This document shows, one piece after another, positions 8,947 through 18,617 of a stretch of 64,000 nt of DNA; position 1 is the stretch's first letter; every line of letters starts with the position of its first letter. Under the pieces are notes generated by a model that was not told the origin of the DNA, did no database searches, and worked only from the letters and a program-made list of their open reading frames with translations. The translations under genes and the position numbers were made by a program. The stretch lies in the UHGV virus genome UHGV-0125821. One strand, given 5' to 3'. The stretch comes from a virus.

Positions 8947-8955
8947 GGCTATAAT
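8928..8955 (+). promoter_or_regulatory. sigma70-like promoter overlapping rox
   Basis: -35 TTGGCA (8928-8933), 16-bp spacer, -10 TATAAT (8950-8955), pointing toward dre. Confidence 0.45.
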
Positions 8956-9098
8956 CATGTGTAGATGAACAGTATTGACATCACTGAAAATACGTACCTC
9001 GAATCAAAGGCTTGTATTTTGAAAATTAACTTATAGCTACCCTGTCATTTTTATATTTTTCGCGTAGCATCATCTGTATATAGAGGTGAAATAGTTTC

Positions 9099-10127
9099 AT
9101 GAGTGAATTGATTATCTCTGGCAGTTCCGGTGGTTTTCTGCGCAACATTGGCAAAGAGTACCAGGAAGCCGCAGAAAACTTTATGCGGTTCATGAATGAC
9201 CAGGGGGCTTATGCGCCGAATACTCTGCGCGACCTCCGGTTGGTGTTTCATTCCTGGGCGCGCTGGTGTCACGCTCGCCAGCTTGCCTGGTTTCCGATCT
9301 CACCAGAAATGGCCCGCGAGTATTTTCTTCAGTTGCATGATGCCGATCTGGCTTCGACCACCATTGATAAGCACTACGCCATGCTTAACATGCTGCTTTC
9401 TCATTGTGGCCTTCCGCCACTTTCGGATGATAAAAGTGTTTCTCTGGCTATGCGGCGTATCCGGCGCGAAGCGGCAACGGAAAAAGGCGAACGAACAGGC
9501 CAGGCTATACCGCTGCGATGGGACGACCTGAAACTGCTCGACGTCCTGTTGTCCAGGTCAGAACGGCTGGTGGACCTGCGCAACCGGGCTTTTCTCTTTG
9601 TTGCATACAATACGCTGATGCGTATGTCGGAAATCTCGCGTATTCGTGTAGGAGATCTGGACCAAACAGGTGACACCGTCACGCTACATATTTCACACAC
9701 GAAGACAATAACGACCGCCGCCGGGCTTGATAAGGTGCTTTCCCGTCGCACTACTGCTGTGCTGAATGACTGGCTGGATGTTTCCGGGCTTCGTGAACAT
9801 CCTGACGCGGTGCTGTTCCCGCCGATACACCGTAGCAATAAGGCCAGGATTACGACAACGCCCCTTACTGCACCTGCAATGGAGAAAATATTCAGCGACG
9901 CCTGGGTGTTGCTGAATAAAAGGGATGCCGCGCCAAACAAAGGGAGATACCGGACGTGGACCGGGCATAGTGCTCGTGTCGGGGCCGCTATCGATATGGC
10001 TGAAAAGCAGGTGTCTATGGTGGAGATCATGCAGGAAGGAACCTGGAAGAAACCGGAAACACTTATGCGGTATCTGCGCCGTGGCGGTGTGTCTGTGGGG
10101 GCTAATAGCCGCTTGATGGATTCGTAG
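9099..10127 (+). CDS. dre: Cre-family tyrosine recombinase (Dre-like)
   Basis: blocks shared with Cre from memory: SWARWC, WFP, AYNTLMRMSEISRIRV, WTGHSARVGAAIDMA. Confidence 0.9.
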   Translation: MSELIISGSSGGFLRNIGKEYQEAAENFMRFMNDQGAYAPNTLRDLRLVFHSWARWCHARQLAWFPISPEMAREYFLQLHDADLASTTIDKHYAMLNMLLSHCGLPPLSDDKSVSLAMRRIRREAATEKGERTGQAIPLRWDDLKLLDVLLSRSERLVDLRNRAFLFVAYNTLMRMSEISRIRVGDLDQTGDTVTLHISHTKTITTAAGLDKVLSRRTTAVLNDWLDVSGLREHPDAVLFPPIHRSNKARITTTPLTAPAMEKIFSDAWVLLNKRDAAPNKGRYRTWTGHSARVGAAIDMAEKQVSMVEIMQEGTWKKPETLMRYLRRGGVSVGANSRLMDS

Positions 10128-10130
10128 ATT

Positions 10131-10148
10131 AAATTTCTAACACATCTT
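10131..10148. promoter_or_regulatory. operator-like motif copy
   Basis: GATGTGTTAGAAATTT on minus strand, just after dre stop. Confidence 0.45.
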
Positions 10149-10200
10149 TTTAGATTGATGTCTTTGCTGTAAAGTACCCTCGCCTATTTCGGAGGGTGCT

Positions 10201-10545
10201 TTGCAGAGTCAAATCACGGAATCAAGACGCTTTAAGGTGGATGGTTACACCGTAACCTTCGCTGCTGGTGTTAAGAACAGTCATGCTGTCGTTGTATTCG
10301 GCATCATGACCGGGCTTGAGGCCGTCCCTGTGTTTACCCTCGAAAAAAACTGGCGAAATCTGGAGGAAGCAGAAAGCTACGTCCGGAAAGTAACCATCAT
10401 TGCCGCCGAAAAACTCCTGGCCCACTATCAGGAAAATTATCGCACTATGGTCGAGAAGATTAATCTCGCTTTCACTCGCCCCACTACCGGCTTTATTGCA
10501 CCGGATACTAATGCAGGTCGCTATCCTGCAAGGGGGCGTCGGTGA
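10201..10545 (+). CDS. hypothetical protein
   Basis: ORF downstream of dre. Confidence 0.55.
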   Translation: MQSQITESRRFKVDGYTVTFAAGVKNSHAVVVFGIMTGLEAVPVFTLEKNWRNLEEAESYVRKVTIIAAEKLLAHYQENYRTMVEKINLAFTRPTTGFIAPDTNAGRYPARGRR

Positions 10546-11018
10546 AAACTTATTACCCATCTCTGAATTGTTACCCGTCTTCCTATCCAGGATTGTCCGG
10601 GAAGCTGTTAGCTCTATTAGCTAAAGCACCTACGGAATGGTTTAAGCCAGTCGTTATCAATCCACACTTCCTGGATTACGGATCTGTTCGCACTCGTAAC
10701 GAACTCAAAAACTTACTGGCGCATGGATTCATTCGACACCGTGCCGGTAAAGGCTATCAGTTATCGATTGCGCCAGAAGAGGCCGTGCGGCTATTCGCAT
10801 ATCGTGACAGCCAGACAAAAGCTCGGGTAATAGCTCAAATACTTCATAACGGCAGCACCTATGCCCGCCAGTTTGGCGGCGACACGTCGCAGTTCTTGCG
10901 GGCGGTGCGATCGCTGGAGGAGCAAGGAGTTATTGAAAGTTCCTGTCTTCCTGTTCCTACCGTTCCACATATCAAACGTCGGGTTTACACCTTCACGCAG
11001 AGAGCTAAAAAACAATGA
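10542..11018 (+). CDS. hypothetical protein
   Basis: coupled ORF (overlapping stop/start). Confidence 0.6.
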   Translation: MKTYYPSLNCYPSSYPGLSGKLLALLAKAPTEWFKPVVINPHFLDYGSVRTRNELKNLLAHGFIRHRAGKGYQLSIAPEEAVRLFAYRDSQTKARVIAQILHNGSTYARQFGGDTSQFLRAVRSLEEQGVIESSCLPVPTVPHIKRRVYTFTQRAKKQ

Positions 11019-11509
11019 TTTACGTAAAAGTGAAACGCCTACATCCGGCAGCAAAACTTCCAGCTTATGCCACCTCCGGATCGGCGGCGATGGATTTTGA
11101 GGCTGTTGAAATAAAACCATGTGTCGATAGCAATGGTGCAATTTCCTCAAGCTGGTGGGTATACACCGGACTGGCTATGGAGATCCCGCCCGGCTGGTGT
11201 CTGAAACTCTATCCGCGTTCCGGATTGGGCTGCAAAAAACATACTCGCCTGGCTAACTGCGTAGGAATTATCGACTCCGATTATCGCGGTGAAATCATGG
11301 CAAAACTGATTACAGATCCCGGTGGTGAAGGCGTTTGCCTCAAGCCAGGAATGGCGGTCATGCAAGGCATTTTTGAGCGTGTTGAACCGGTATCGCTGGT
11401 AGAAGTTGATGAACTCGATGAAACAGAGCGAGGCGCTGGTGGCTTTGGTAGCACATCGGAAGACCGCGTTGAAATCAAGCGTACACCGCTTCAGTACGCA
11501 AAGTTTTAA
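11015..11509 (+). CDS. dut: dUTP diphosphatase
   Basis: motifs PRSGLG, GIIDSDYRGE, RGAGGFGSTS. Confidence 0.85.
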   Translation: MIYVKVKRLHPAAKLPAYATSGSAAMDFEAVEIKPCVDSNGAISSSWWVYTGLAMEIPPGWCLKLYPRSGLGCKKHTRLANCVGIIDSDYRGEIMAKLITDPGGEGVCLKPGMAVMQGIFERVEPVSLVEVDELDETERGAGGFGSTSEDRVEIKRTPLQYAKF

Positions 11510-11523
11510 GTAGAGGAAGGATT

Positions 11524-12186
11524 ATGGTCAGCACTTTTCAGGTGTTCCCCAAATACAAATGCCACAGCATCATTCGGGCATCGAAAATCAAAGATATTGT
11601 TATTGTCGGCAAAGCTTATGCGCCCATTTTTGGCAGTATCGAAGTCGTTGAGCCAAAAGGAATGACGCTTCGTGTTGATGGTGTGTTCTTGGAAAAATTC
11701 CGACCGCAAATAGGAGGATATCTCGTCACTGCTGAAAATGGCTATCTGGTCTATGTGCCAGAGAAAGCATTTGAAAAATGCTATAGCCGGGTTAACGACG
11801 CCTCCGAAAATGGGGTATCGCTCAGCATTGAAGGTCACAATGGGGTGACATTCATTACAGCCAGGGACGTAACTATTTCTGCTGGCGGTATCGCTACTCT
11901 ACAAGAAGAAATCGACCTTGAAGCAGCCGACTTTTCTGACGCGCTGATGTGGCTGAAGGATGGCAAGAAAGTTGCCCGGCGCGGGTGGAACGGCGAAAAC
12001 CAATTCTGCTGGCTGGTTCCTGAAGGACAGTACCCGGCACGAATGGAAGCCATTAAGGGATATTTCCCCGGCGATCTCGTTCCGTATGGTGCTTATTTCG
12101 CCTTAAAAAATGCACAAGGTGTAGTTGTTCCGTGGTTGCCTTCTGTAGGCGACTTACTGGCATGTGACTGGTTTGTAGTGGAGTGA
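11524..12186 (+). CDS. hypothetical protein with DUF2829-like C-terminal domain
   Basis: ALMWLKDGKKVARRGWNG ... DLLACDWFVVE. Confidence 0.65.
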   Translation: MVSTFQVFPKYKCHSIIRASKIKDIVIVGKAYAPIFGSIEVVEPKGMTLRVDGVFLEKFRPQIGGYLVTAENGYLVYVPEKAFEKCYSRVNDASENGVSLSIEGHNGVTFITARDVTISAGGIATLQEEIDLEAADFSDALMWLKDGKKVARRGWNGENQFCWLVPEGQYPARMEAIKGYFPGDLVPYGAYFALKNAQGVVVPWLPSVGDLLACDWFVVE

Positions 12187-12192
12187 TTTAAC

Positions 12193-12993
12193 GTGGAAAA
12201 TACTAAAGCAATTCAATACCGCTTGCGTAATGGCCTGCTGGTGGCTGTGAACGCCGACATGTCACTGCCGTTTGACACGATTGAACGTACTATCATGACG
12301 TATCTCGGCTTTAATGAAGAGCTGAATGAAGAGCATGGCGTAGCTATATGGAGTGATGCAGAAAGCGGCGTTCATCGTTACATCACCGCCAGGGGCAAAG
12401 ACTACTCTCTGGAAGAACTGTTTACCCTTGCACAGTCTTTCGAATGTGTAGCATTAGACATGTTTAATGATCCTGCTATAGCGCAACGACTTATACGCGA
12501 GCTTGGGCTATCCGTTACACCAATTATCTTTAAGAATGGCAGCCTGACTGGCACATGGCGCGTAGAACGCATCTCAAACTACCTTCCATATAACCGACAG
12601 TTAAATGGAGTAATCTCCGGCGTTAATCAGCCCGTAGCGTGTGAAAATGTAAACCTGGTTGCCGCTGTTTTGGCAACCGCATGTCGTGTTATCGGTTTGG
12701 CTAAACAGGCATTTATTCATTTCCCAAATGGTGCAGAAGGTAGCGCAGAGATTATCGCGTGTGATTTCGAATTTACCTGGATGCTACGCGAATATCTGGA
12801 CCAAACAGTATTCCGTGCCGAAGAACTGGATATGTATATCACGTCAACGATTCCAGACGATGTGCGAGCTGAAGCAATCGCTACAGCCAGGGCGAAATGC
12901 CGTGCGGCGATTGCAGAGCAGGCCAAAGAAGAACCGTCCGATGAAGCCGTGGCTGATGTTGAAGCAGAGGTAGCGGAGGATGCTGACGCCTAA
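12193..12993 (+). CDS. hypothetical acidic protein
   Basis: GTG start, 266 aa, acidic C-terminus. Confidence 0.6.
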   Translation: MENTKAIQYRLRNGLLVAVNADMSLPFDTIERTIMTYLGFNEELNEEHGVAIWSDAESGVHRYITARGKDYSLEELFTLAQSFECVALDMFNDPAIAQRLIRELGLSVTPIIFKNGSLTGTWRVERISNYLPYNRQLNGVISGVNQPVACENVNLVAAVLATACRVIGLAKQAFIHFPNGAEGSAEIIACDFEFTWMLREYLDQTVFRAEELDMYITSTIPDDVRAEAIATARAKCRAAIAEQAKEEPSDEAVADVEAEVAEDADA

Positions 12994-13047
12994 AAACATC
13001 ACCGAATTAGCTGGCTGACAGCAGAAAAAATCATTGAGTGATAGTAG

Positions 13048-13076
13048 GAAGCCCGCCTGGTTGAGCGGGCTTCTTT
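13048..13076. terminator. bidirectional intrinsic terminator between convergent genes
   Basis: GCCCGC ctggttga GCGGGC followed by TTCTTTTC. Confidence 0.5.
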
Positions 13077-13457
13077 TCAAATATTGGAACCAAATAATTC
13101 ACGTAGTTTTTCCGCTACTGAAGATACGGGGATTTCTCCAGTTGCGGCCCCCACCGCAAGTTCCACCAGCACGGGAGAATCATATACCTGTATACCGTTA
13201 CGGCGTAGAAATAGCAGCGCACTGTTTAGCGCGGTACGCTTATTGGCATCATTGAATATATGCCCTCTCGCCGTAGCCACCAGGTAGGTGGCGGAGACTT
13301 CGAAAAGGTCGGTGATCTCTTCGTAGGCAACTCTGGCCTGAACTCTCCCGATAATGGCCTCTGCCCTACCCGGATCTGACATTCCCGGCAGGCCGCCGTA
13401 GCGGCTTATATTCGCATCATGAAGCGCAATAAGTTCTTCCGGTGATATATGCCTCAT
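13077..13457 (-). CDS. doc: Doc toxin (Fic-fold kinase)
   Basis: near-identical over most of its length to P1 Doc as I recall it. Confidence 0.9.
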
Positions 13458-13678
13458 TATCGGTTAACCAGTTCCTTGTTGGTGGAGTCCAGGGTGTCAA
13501 ACAGGGATGCAAATTCAGCATCCAGCGCCGCTTTTTTGTAGGCTTCAAAAGTAGCCTTGCTGACAATTACTGCTGGCTCTCGGCCTCTGCGGGTGATTTC
13601 AACCTCTTCCCCGGCTTCAACATTGTTGAGCACTTCAGAAAGGTTGCCGCGCGCGGTACGGAAGTTAATGGATTGCAT
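13457..13678 (-). CDS. phd: Phd antitoxin
   Basis: [49 protein letters not shown]... matches P1 Phd from memory; start set at second Met. Confidence 0.9.
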
Positions 13679-13786
13679 AAACACCTCGTGTGCTCGTTAT
13701 GTGTACGCAATTATAGGTTTTAATGATGCTGAATACCACTTCTTGGTGCCTTAAATCCTCGAGATGCAGTCTTGCAATTGCTGGGA

Positions 13787-14209
13787 TTAAGCAGAATAAG
13801 TGGTTGGAATTCTGAGCAGTAATCCAATCTTGGCTATGTGTGCATATGGCAGCTCTCCGGTTTTACCATCATGTATCGAGGCTATCAGATTCAATTCTTG
13901 CGCCGCTTTACGAATTTCAGTTTCTGATGGAACAAGGCGAAAACCGGTGTGTAACATTTTGATATAGAAAGGTAATAGTTCGTACTTCACCCGTAACTGT
14001 GCTGCCGCATCTTTCAAATCATGGATGATTTCTTGTTTTAAGTCAGAGCGGGGATTCGATAGCTTTGCTTGGTTAGACAATAACAGATGCGATATTTCCC
14101 CCAACTGTTCCTTGAATGAAATGTAAGACTCAACCCCCTTGATGATGAGTCGACCTAGGACAAAAACGCTTACTCCAGTGACAACAGTGACAAAAGCAGA
14201 CGAACTCAT
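13787..14209 (-). CDS. membrane-anchored hypothetical protein (N-terminal TM helix)
   Basis: 140 aa, hydrophobic N-terminus; lies between humD and phd-doc. Confidence 0.55.
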   Translation of the reverse strand: MSSSAFVTVVTGVSVFVLGRLIIKGVESYISFKEQLGEISHLLLSNQAKLSNPRSDLKQEIIHDLKDAAAQLRVKYELLPFYIKMLHTGFRLVPSETEIRKAAQELNLIASIHDGKTGELPYAHIAKIGLLLRIPTTYSA

Positions 14210-14343
14210 TCGCGTACCTAAAAAGAGAATTATAACCTCATCTTATCTTCAAGTGAGTAACCGCGTCTAATGGGAGGAATCATTTAAATGGCCAGGGCGA
14301 TATAGAGCCAGTCATGCCTCTCTATGGTTTCTCTGAAAACAAA

Positions 14344-14733
14344 TCATATAGCAGGACTATCATCAAATTCACCGCCCCTGGCGTCATTGATAATGTGGGT
14401 GATCACACCAAAAACAGCATTACTACCCGTGTAACCATCGTCATCTACTGGTAACGCCTCTTTCTTCCCGGTGCTTAAATCCTCCAGGTGCTGGCGCGGA
14501 TACTTCCGGTATCTTTTTACGCGATATTCCCCCTCCATAGCGCATATAAGCAGTGAGCCATCAACCGGAGTAAGTGAGGAATCAACCACCAGCAAAGCAC
14601 CTTGCAATATTCCCTCACGGTGATGGCTGTCTGCCGCCCGCATGAAGTAGGTCGCTGAAGGATGTCTGATTAGTTGCTGATCAAGAGAAATACGGCTCTC
14701 TGCATAATCCGCCGCAGGAGAAGGGAAGCCCAT
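14344..14733 (-). CDS. humD: UmuD-prime-like protein
   Basis: GFPSPAADY...HPSATYF...FGV(I/V)xH core of UmuD C-terminal domain, no N-terminal cleavage arm. Confidence 0.8.
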   Translation of the reverse strand: MGFPSPAADYAESRISLDQQLIRHPSATYFMRAADSHHREGILQGALLVVDSSLTPVDGSLLICAMEGEYRVKRYRKYPRQHLEDLSTGKKEALPVDDDGYTGSNAVFGVITHIINDARGGEFDDSPAI

Positions 14734-14751
14734 AGCGTTTTACCTCAATGA

Positions 14752-14771
14752 TACTGTTTATTCATACAGTA
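14752..14771. promoter_or_regulatory. LexA box
   Basis: TACTGTTTATTCATACAGTA (CTGT-N8-ACAG) about 20 bp upstream of humD start. Confidence 0.6.
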
Positions 14772-14832
14772 TACATTGAAAAGGCATAGTTTGTGAAAGC
14801 GGGGTTTGCAGGCGCGCCACGCTGGGGGCTAA

Positions 14833-15225
14833 TCACATTGGTGGCGTGAACTTGCCATTCATATATTGCAAAATGCTTGACTCAATTTTTTCATTAAAAT
14901 CAGAATGATGCTCCTCAAGGACAAAGCGCGCCTTATTGTTGCGCACAATAACCTCCGCCAACGGACTAACCAGAGATGTGGAGTTAGAGATTTTCTCGGC
15001 GCGCTCTACATCGCTTTTAAACGTTACGATGAAGTGCTGGTGGCCTGGTGACCGGCGACACAACATGCGTCGCACTTCCACGGTATCTTCACGGCCTTGA
15101 GTATGTACAGGAAAGCTATCGACCACCGCTGTATTGGTGCGGATTGTCTGCATAGAACGCGTGTTGTCGTGATAGTTAAGCATGTTTAATGTCTTCCCCA
15201 TCTTGCCGTTATTTTCTTGGTGCAT
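14833..15225 (-). CDS. hypothetical protein
   Basis: ORF between humD and hot. Confidence 0.55.
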   Translation of the reverse strand: MHQENNGKMGKTLNMLNYHDNTRSMQTIRTNTAVVDSFPVHTQGREDTVEVRRMLCRRSPGHQHFIVTFKSDVERAEKISNSTSLVSPLAEVIVRNNKARFVLEEHHSDFNEKIESSILQYMNGKFTPPM

Positions 15226-15460
15226 CCTCGTTCTGATACACCGGATGGCTCCCTTTTGGCAACTGGAGGCTTAACTGCCGGTAGTGCCGTAACCGTTCCA
15301 TGAAATAGGTGCGCAGGTTCTCTGGTTGCTCGCGGGCTACCTGTTCAGCCATGACAGGTATGTTCAATCGCTCTTTGTACGCCACACCGCTGGCAGCCAG
15401 ATCAACGTTAACCTTATCCCGTTCTTCCTGACTTTTAGCTGCAATATTCCAGTCGCTCAT
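15209..15460 (-). CDS. hot: DNA polymerase III theta-subunit homolog
   Basis: [36 protein letters not shown] closely parallels HolE. Confidence 0.8.
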   Translation of the reverse strand: MSDWNIAAKSQEERDKVNVDLAASGVAYKERLNIPVMAEQVAREQPENLRTYFMERLRHYRQLSLQLPKGSHPVYQNEDAPRK

Positions 15461-15462
15461 AT

Positions 15463-15735
15463 TTAAGGCTCACATTTCCAGATGGTATTCTGAACACCCG
15501 AACCGGGCGCAAGATTAGGGTTAGCGTTCGCGCTATGCTGATATACTGCTTTAGACTTCCCATATTGCTGACAGGCTTTATCTGCGGTTTTTTGCAGGCT
15601 ATCCAGGCCATACCAACCATCTGACTGTATGCTTACCTTTTCACCGTCGTTGTATTGCACCATTGCACACCCAGATATAGCCAGTATCGCGCCGACAATA
15701 ACGCTTTTCCATAAAACTCTATGCAACATATACAA
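15463..15735 (-). CDS. small lipoprotein
   Basis: signal peptide with lipobox ISGC. Confidence 0.55.
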   Translation of the reverse strand: MYMLHRVLWKSVIVGAILAISGCAMVQYNDGEKVSIQSDGWYGLDSLQKTADKACQQYGKSKAVYQHSANANPNLAPGSGVQNTIWKCEP

Positions 15736-15774
15736 AAATCCCCTCTGTGAATTGAGGGGATTTTAGCATGGTGA

Positions 15775-16605
15775 TCAGATATCGGCCTTATTCGGAATTT
15801 TATCAGCCACCAGCGGCAATAAAGCCTTCGCCATTTCATGAACCAACATGGCATCAATGACGCCTAGCGTATGGCCCGGCTTAATCTTTAATGCGGCCTC
15901 AAGATAGCCTCTTTCCAGAGTGGTTTTTACGCTTTTCTTGGGCGATTGTTGGGAACTATCCGGAAAATCCGGATGGTTGCCAGCCAGTCTACGCAAAACG
16001 GCCTTAACAGCCTCAATACGGTCATCATCGCAATTTTCCAGCGTATCTATGCGGTCGAGCATGATGATTGCGTTATCAATATCAGGATTGCCGGTCCACT
16101 CATTACCGCGATTGGATTCGGCAGCATGGTTGCCGCGTACTGGTTGATTCTCGGCTTTACCCTGTCTGTCGTCGCTGCATGAATGCCCTTCCAGCCAGGC
16201 CAATGCTTGTCGCATGAAATACGCAATATGTTTGCCGTGGTAATCGTCTTCATCGATGTGAAAAGCGATACTGCGGATGTATTCAATTGCGTTTTCAATG
16301 GCCTCCGGCGTTATCGGCGCTGGCGGTGCGGTATAAAACTTCGTCCCCAACGGCAACAACTTCATCGCTTTTTCTCCCTTAATGATGCGATAAGTTGATT
16401 TCCCGCCAAGGTCTACCGTCCCATCCATAACAAGGCCATGTTGCTTCTCTGAAACTTCACCAATAGGCTCTGCTTCCAGCGATGTCAGCGCAATCCGCGC
16501 CAGTTCTTCCGCTTCTTCTGCTGGCAGTACAACGTTGCTACCAGGTCCGTATGTTTCGCGCCACTGCTTGATTGTCAGTAGTCGCTCTTTGGTTATAGTG
16601 GTCAT
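15775..16605 (-). CDS. hypothetical protein
   Basis: 276-aa ORF. Confidence 0.6.
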   Translation of the reverse strand: MTTITKERLLTIKQWRETYGPGSNVVLPAEEAEELARIALTSLEAEPIGEVSEKQHGLVMDGTVDLGGKSTYRIIKGEKAMKLLPLGTKFYTAPPAPITPEAIENAIEYIRSIAFHIDEDDYHGKHIAYFMRQALAWLEGHSCSDDRQGKAENQPVRGNHAAESNRGNEWTGNPDIDNAIIMLDRIDTLENCDDDRIEAVKAVLRRLAGNHPDFPDSSQQSPKKSVKTTLERGYLEAALKIKPGHTLGVIDAMLVHEMAKALLPLVADKIPNKADI

Positions 16606-16883
16606 TTGTTAACCCTCAAAACTTTATGCCCGGGCGCAAAAGCACGCGTTTTGTCTTTGCTTATTCGCCAGCCATCCTTGCGCGCCTCTTTTGCACAGCC
16701 AGCCCATGACGTACCTATATACTCACCGAAGTCTGGCACTGGATATACACCTTCCGTGCACTGACGGCAGTCACAATAGAGATGCATGGTGTAACTTGCA
16801 GCGATAGCCATATCACTCTCCTTTAGTACGCAAGTGGTTTTTCCAGCGGTTTTGCGCCGCGCTGGGCTTTTTGCAAAAACCAC
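16602..16883 (-). CDS. hypothetical Cys-rich protein
   Basis: 93 aa with CDCRQC and other Cys. Confidence 0.45.
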   Translation of the reverse strand: MVFAKSPARRKTAGKTTCVLKESDMAIAASYTMHLYCDCRQCTEGVYPVPDFGEYIGTSWAGCAKEARKDGWRISKDKTRAFAPGHKVLRVNK

Positions 16884-16987
16884 AATCCATCATCCCGTAA
16901 TGTTTCATTAACCCCATCCGTCGGTTGCTGAGTCTCACCCACTGCCAGACGCCAGGAGCGTTTCTACGAACTAACAGAATCTTTGCT

Positions 16988-17740
16988 TTACGGTTTTTCA
17001 TCGTTTTGCTCTCCTGCGTCTCCTTTGATGCAAATGCCAGCGACGCATGGCACATTAACTTCCACGATGCGCACAGTTGGTTTGTACATCTCAATCGCTG
17101 TCAGCCAGTCAGCGCCAGTCATGCGCTTTTCTGCATCGCCATTAGTCCACTTAACCGGTACACCAATAGCCTTCATCGCGATTTCTATTTCCCCGGCGAT
17201 GGCGCTTTTTCCGCAACCAGTAAAACCAGAAACAACGACAAGAACTTCACCTTTGGCTGGTTTTATTTCCCGTGCTTCCAGTTCTGCAATGCGCTTCTCT
17301 GCGGCTTCCAGCTTCTCGCGCATATCGTCAACGTACTCGACCAGAGAACCGCCAGCAGGAATTTCGCACTCCTCGACCAGTTGGAAGTAGATATCAGCTG
17401 CGGCCCGTGTGTTGCTATGCCTAGCGTCGCCCATCTCACCTTCACGAAGAGCATCGCGTTCGGCGGTAAGATTGGCTATTTTGCTGTCTTTGCCTTCCAG
17501 CTCAACACGCAGCTTCCCTACCGTTAGCGCAATATCCTCGTTCTCCTGATCGCGGCTTTTGATGTATTGCAGGTTTCTTTCCCGTTCATCCAACAATGCC
17601 AGCGCGATATCTGGCGAAAAGTGCTTCATAAAATCGTTAAGCGCATTAATTCGCTGATCGAAAGGCATTACAGGTGCTTCACCAGCAATTTTTGTTTTTT
17701 CAGCGATTTCACGAAGCTTTTGATAATCAATCTTGCTCAC
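16988..17740 (-). CDS. Ea22-like family protein
   Basis: N-terminus SKIDYQKLRE, LLDERERNLQYIKSRDQENEDIALTVGKLRVEL block; GTG start overlapping upstream stop. Confidence 0.65.
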   Translation of the reverse strand: MSKIDYQKLREIAEKTKIAGEAPVMPFDQRINALNDFMKHFSPDIALALLDERERNLQYIKSRDQENEDIALTVGKLRVELEGKDSKIANLTAERDALREGEMGDARHSNTRAAADIYFQLVEECEIPAGGSLVEYVDDMREKLEAAEKRIAELEAREIKPAKGEVLVVVSGFTGCGKSAIAGEIEIAMKAIGVPVKWTNGDAEKRMTGADWLTAIEMYKPTVRIVEVNVPCVAGICIKGDAGEQNDEKP

Positions 17741-18381
17741 TGGTTGCCTCCTTTGCGAAGCTGCTCCGCACAATGCAGCAGGGCGTCCGTCGCTTCTTTC
17801 ACCGTAACGATGTCGCCATCGTCCAGCCCGGCAACCGTCGCGTCCTTAACGAACACCGAGCAAAGGTCATTAAACGCCTGCGCACGTACTTCAGCCAGGA
17901 GAGCGTCGGTGACCGGAGTTTCAGGAATCCGTCTCCTCATCCGTTCTATTGCATGATTGAACCCGAAATCTTCAGCAAGAGATACGTCATCCATATTGTC
18001 ATTGTCGTCCTCAATATCCCGTGGTTCTGGAATTGCAGACTTTATTACCGCATTCTCCGCTGCTAGCGCCGCGCACTTGGCCTCAAGAGCGGCAACCACT
18101 TCCTGATGGTCTTTGTACTTAACGTATGAGCCGGAGATGTCATCACCTTCGGTGTTTAGCCATGCGTCATTGCAATTCACTGCGTAGGTTCTGATGCTCA
18201 TGCTGATGCTCTCCCGCCCCTGACAGACGCCAGGCCAGTCAATAAAGTATCCGCAATGCCTACCCTCAGACGTGCGCGCAGGATAAATGCCGTTATGACC
18301 CGGCAAAATATATGCTACCCATTCATCTTGCGTTGCCTGTTTCGCCGCCTCGCGCAGTTCTTTATAGTTAATTTCGCTCAC
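17737..18381 (-). CDS. Ea22-like family protein
   Basis: N-terminus MSEINYKELRE, C-terminus LRKGGNQ; GTG start overlapping upstream stop. Confidence 0.65.
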   Translation of the reverse strand: MSEINYKELREAAKQATQDEWVAYILPGHNGIYPARTSEGRHCGYFIDWPGVCQGRESISMSIRTYAVNCNDAWLNTEGDDISGSYVKYKDHQEVVAALEAKCAALAAENAVIKSAIPEPRDIEDDNDNMDDVSLAEDFGFNHAIERMRRRIPETPVTDALLAEVRAQAFNDLCSVFVKDATVAGLDDGDIVTVKEATDALLHCAEQLRKGGNQ

Positions 18382-18617
18382 TGGTTGCCTCCTTTACGGA
18401 TCTGCGCTGCGATGCGCGAAAAAAAAGACTCCCGCGTATGACTGTTAAGAGCTGGCGCGAACGCTGCGTTAAGAACAGCAGCATCACAGCCGTCATCAAT
18501 ATAGAGCGCAATTTTTTTCTCCAGGCGCGCTTTGGCTTCCTGCAACTGCATACCCCGGCACGCACGCGGGATATAATCAGCAATTTGAGCGATAGCCTTT
18601 TCGTTCTGTTTAAACAT
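18378..18617 (-). CDS. hypothetical protein carrying the RKGGNQ C-terminal module
   Basis: 79 aa ending IRKGGNQ. Confidence 0.5.
   Translation of the reverse strand: MFKQNEKAIAQIADYIPRACRGMQLQEAKARLEKKIALYIDDGCDAAVLNAAFAPALNSHTRESFFSRIAAQIRKGGNQ

Noticed and set aside
9099-10127. Tyrosine recombinase as a prophage integrase with a chromosomal att site
   Set aside because: It is Cre-like with a palindromic rox-type site, and the element carries plasmid replication and partition functions; no tRNA-adjacent att duplication or host flank seen
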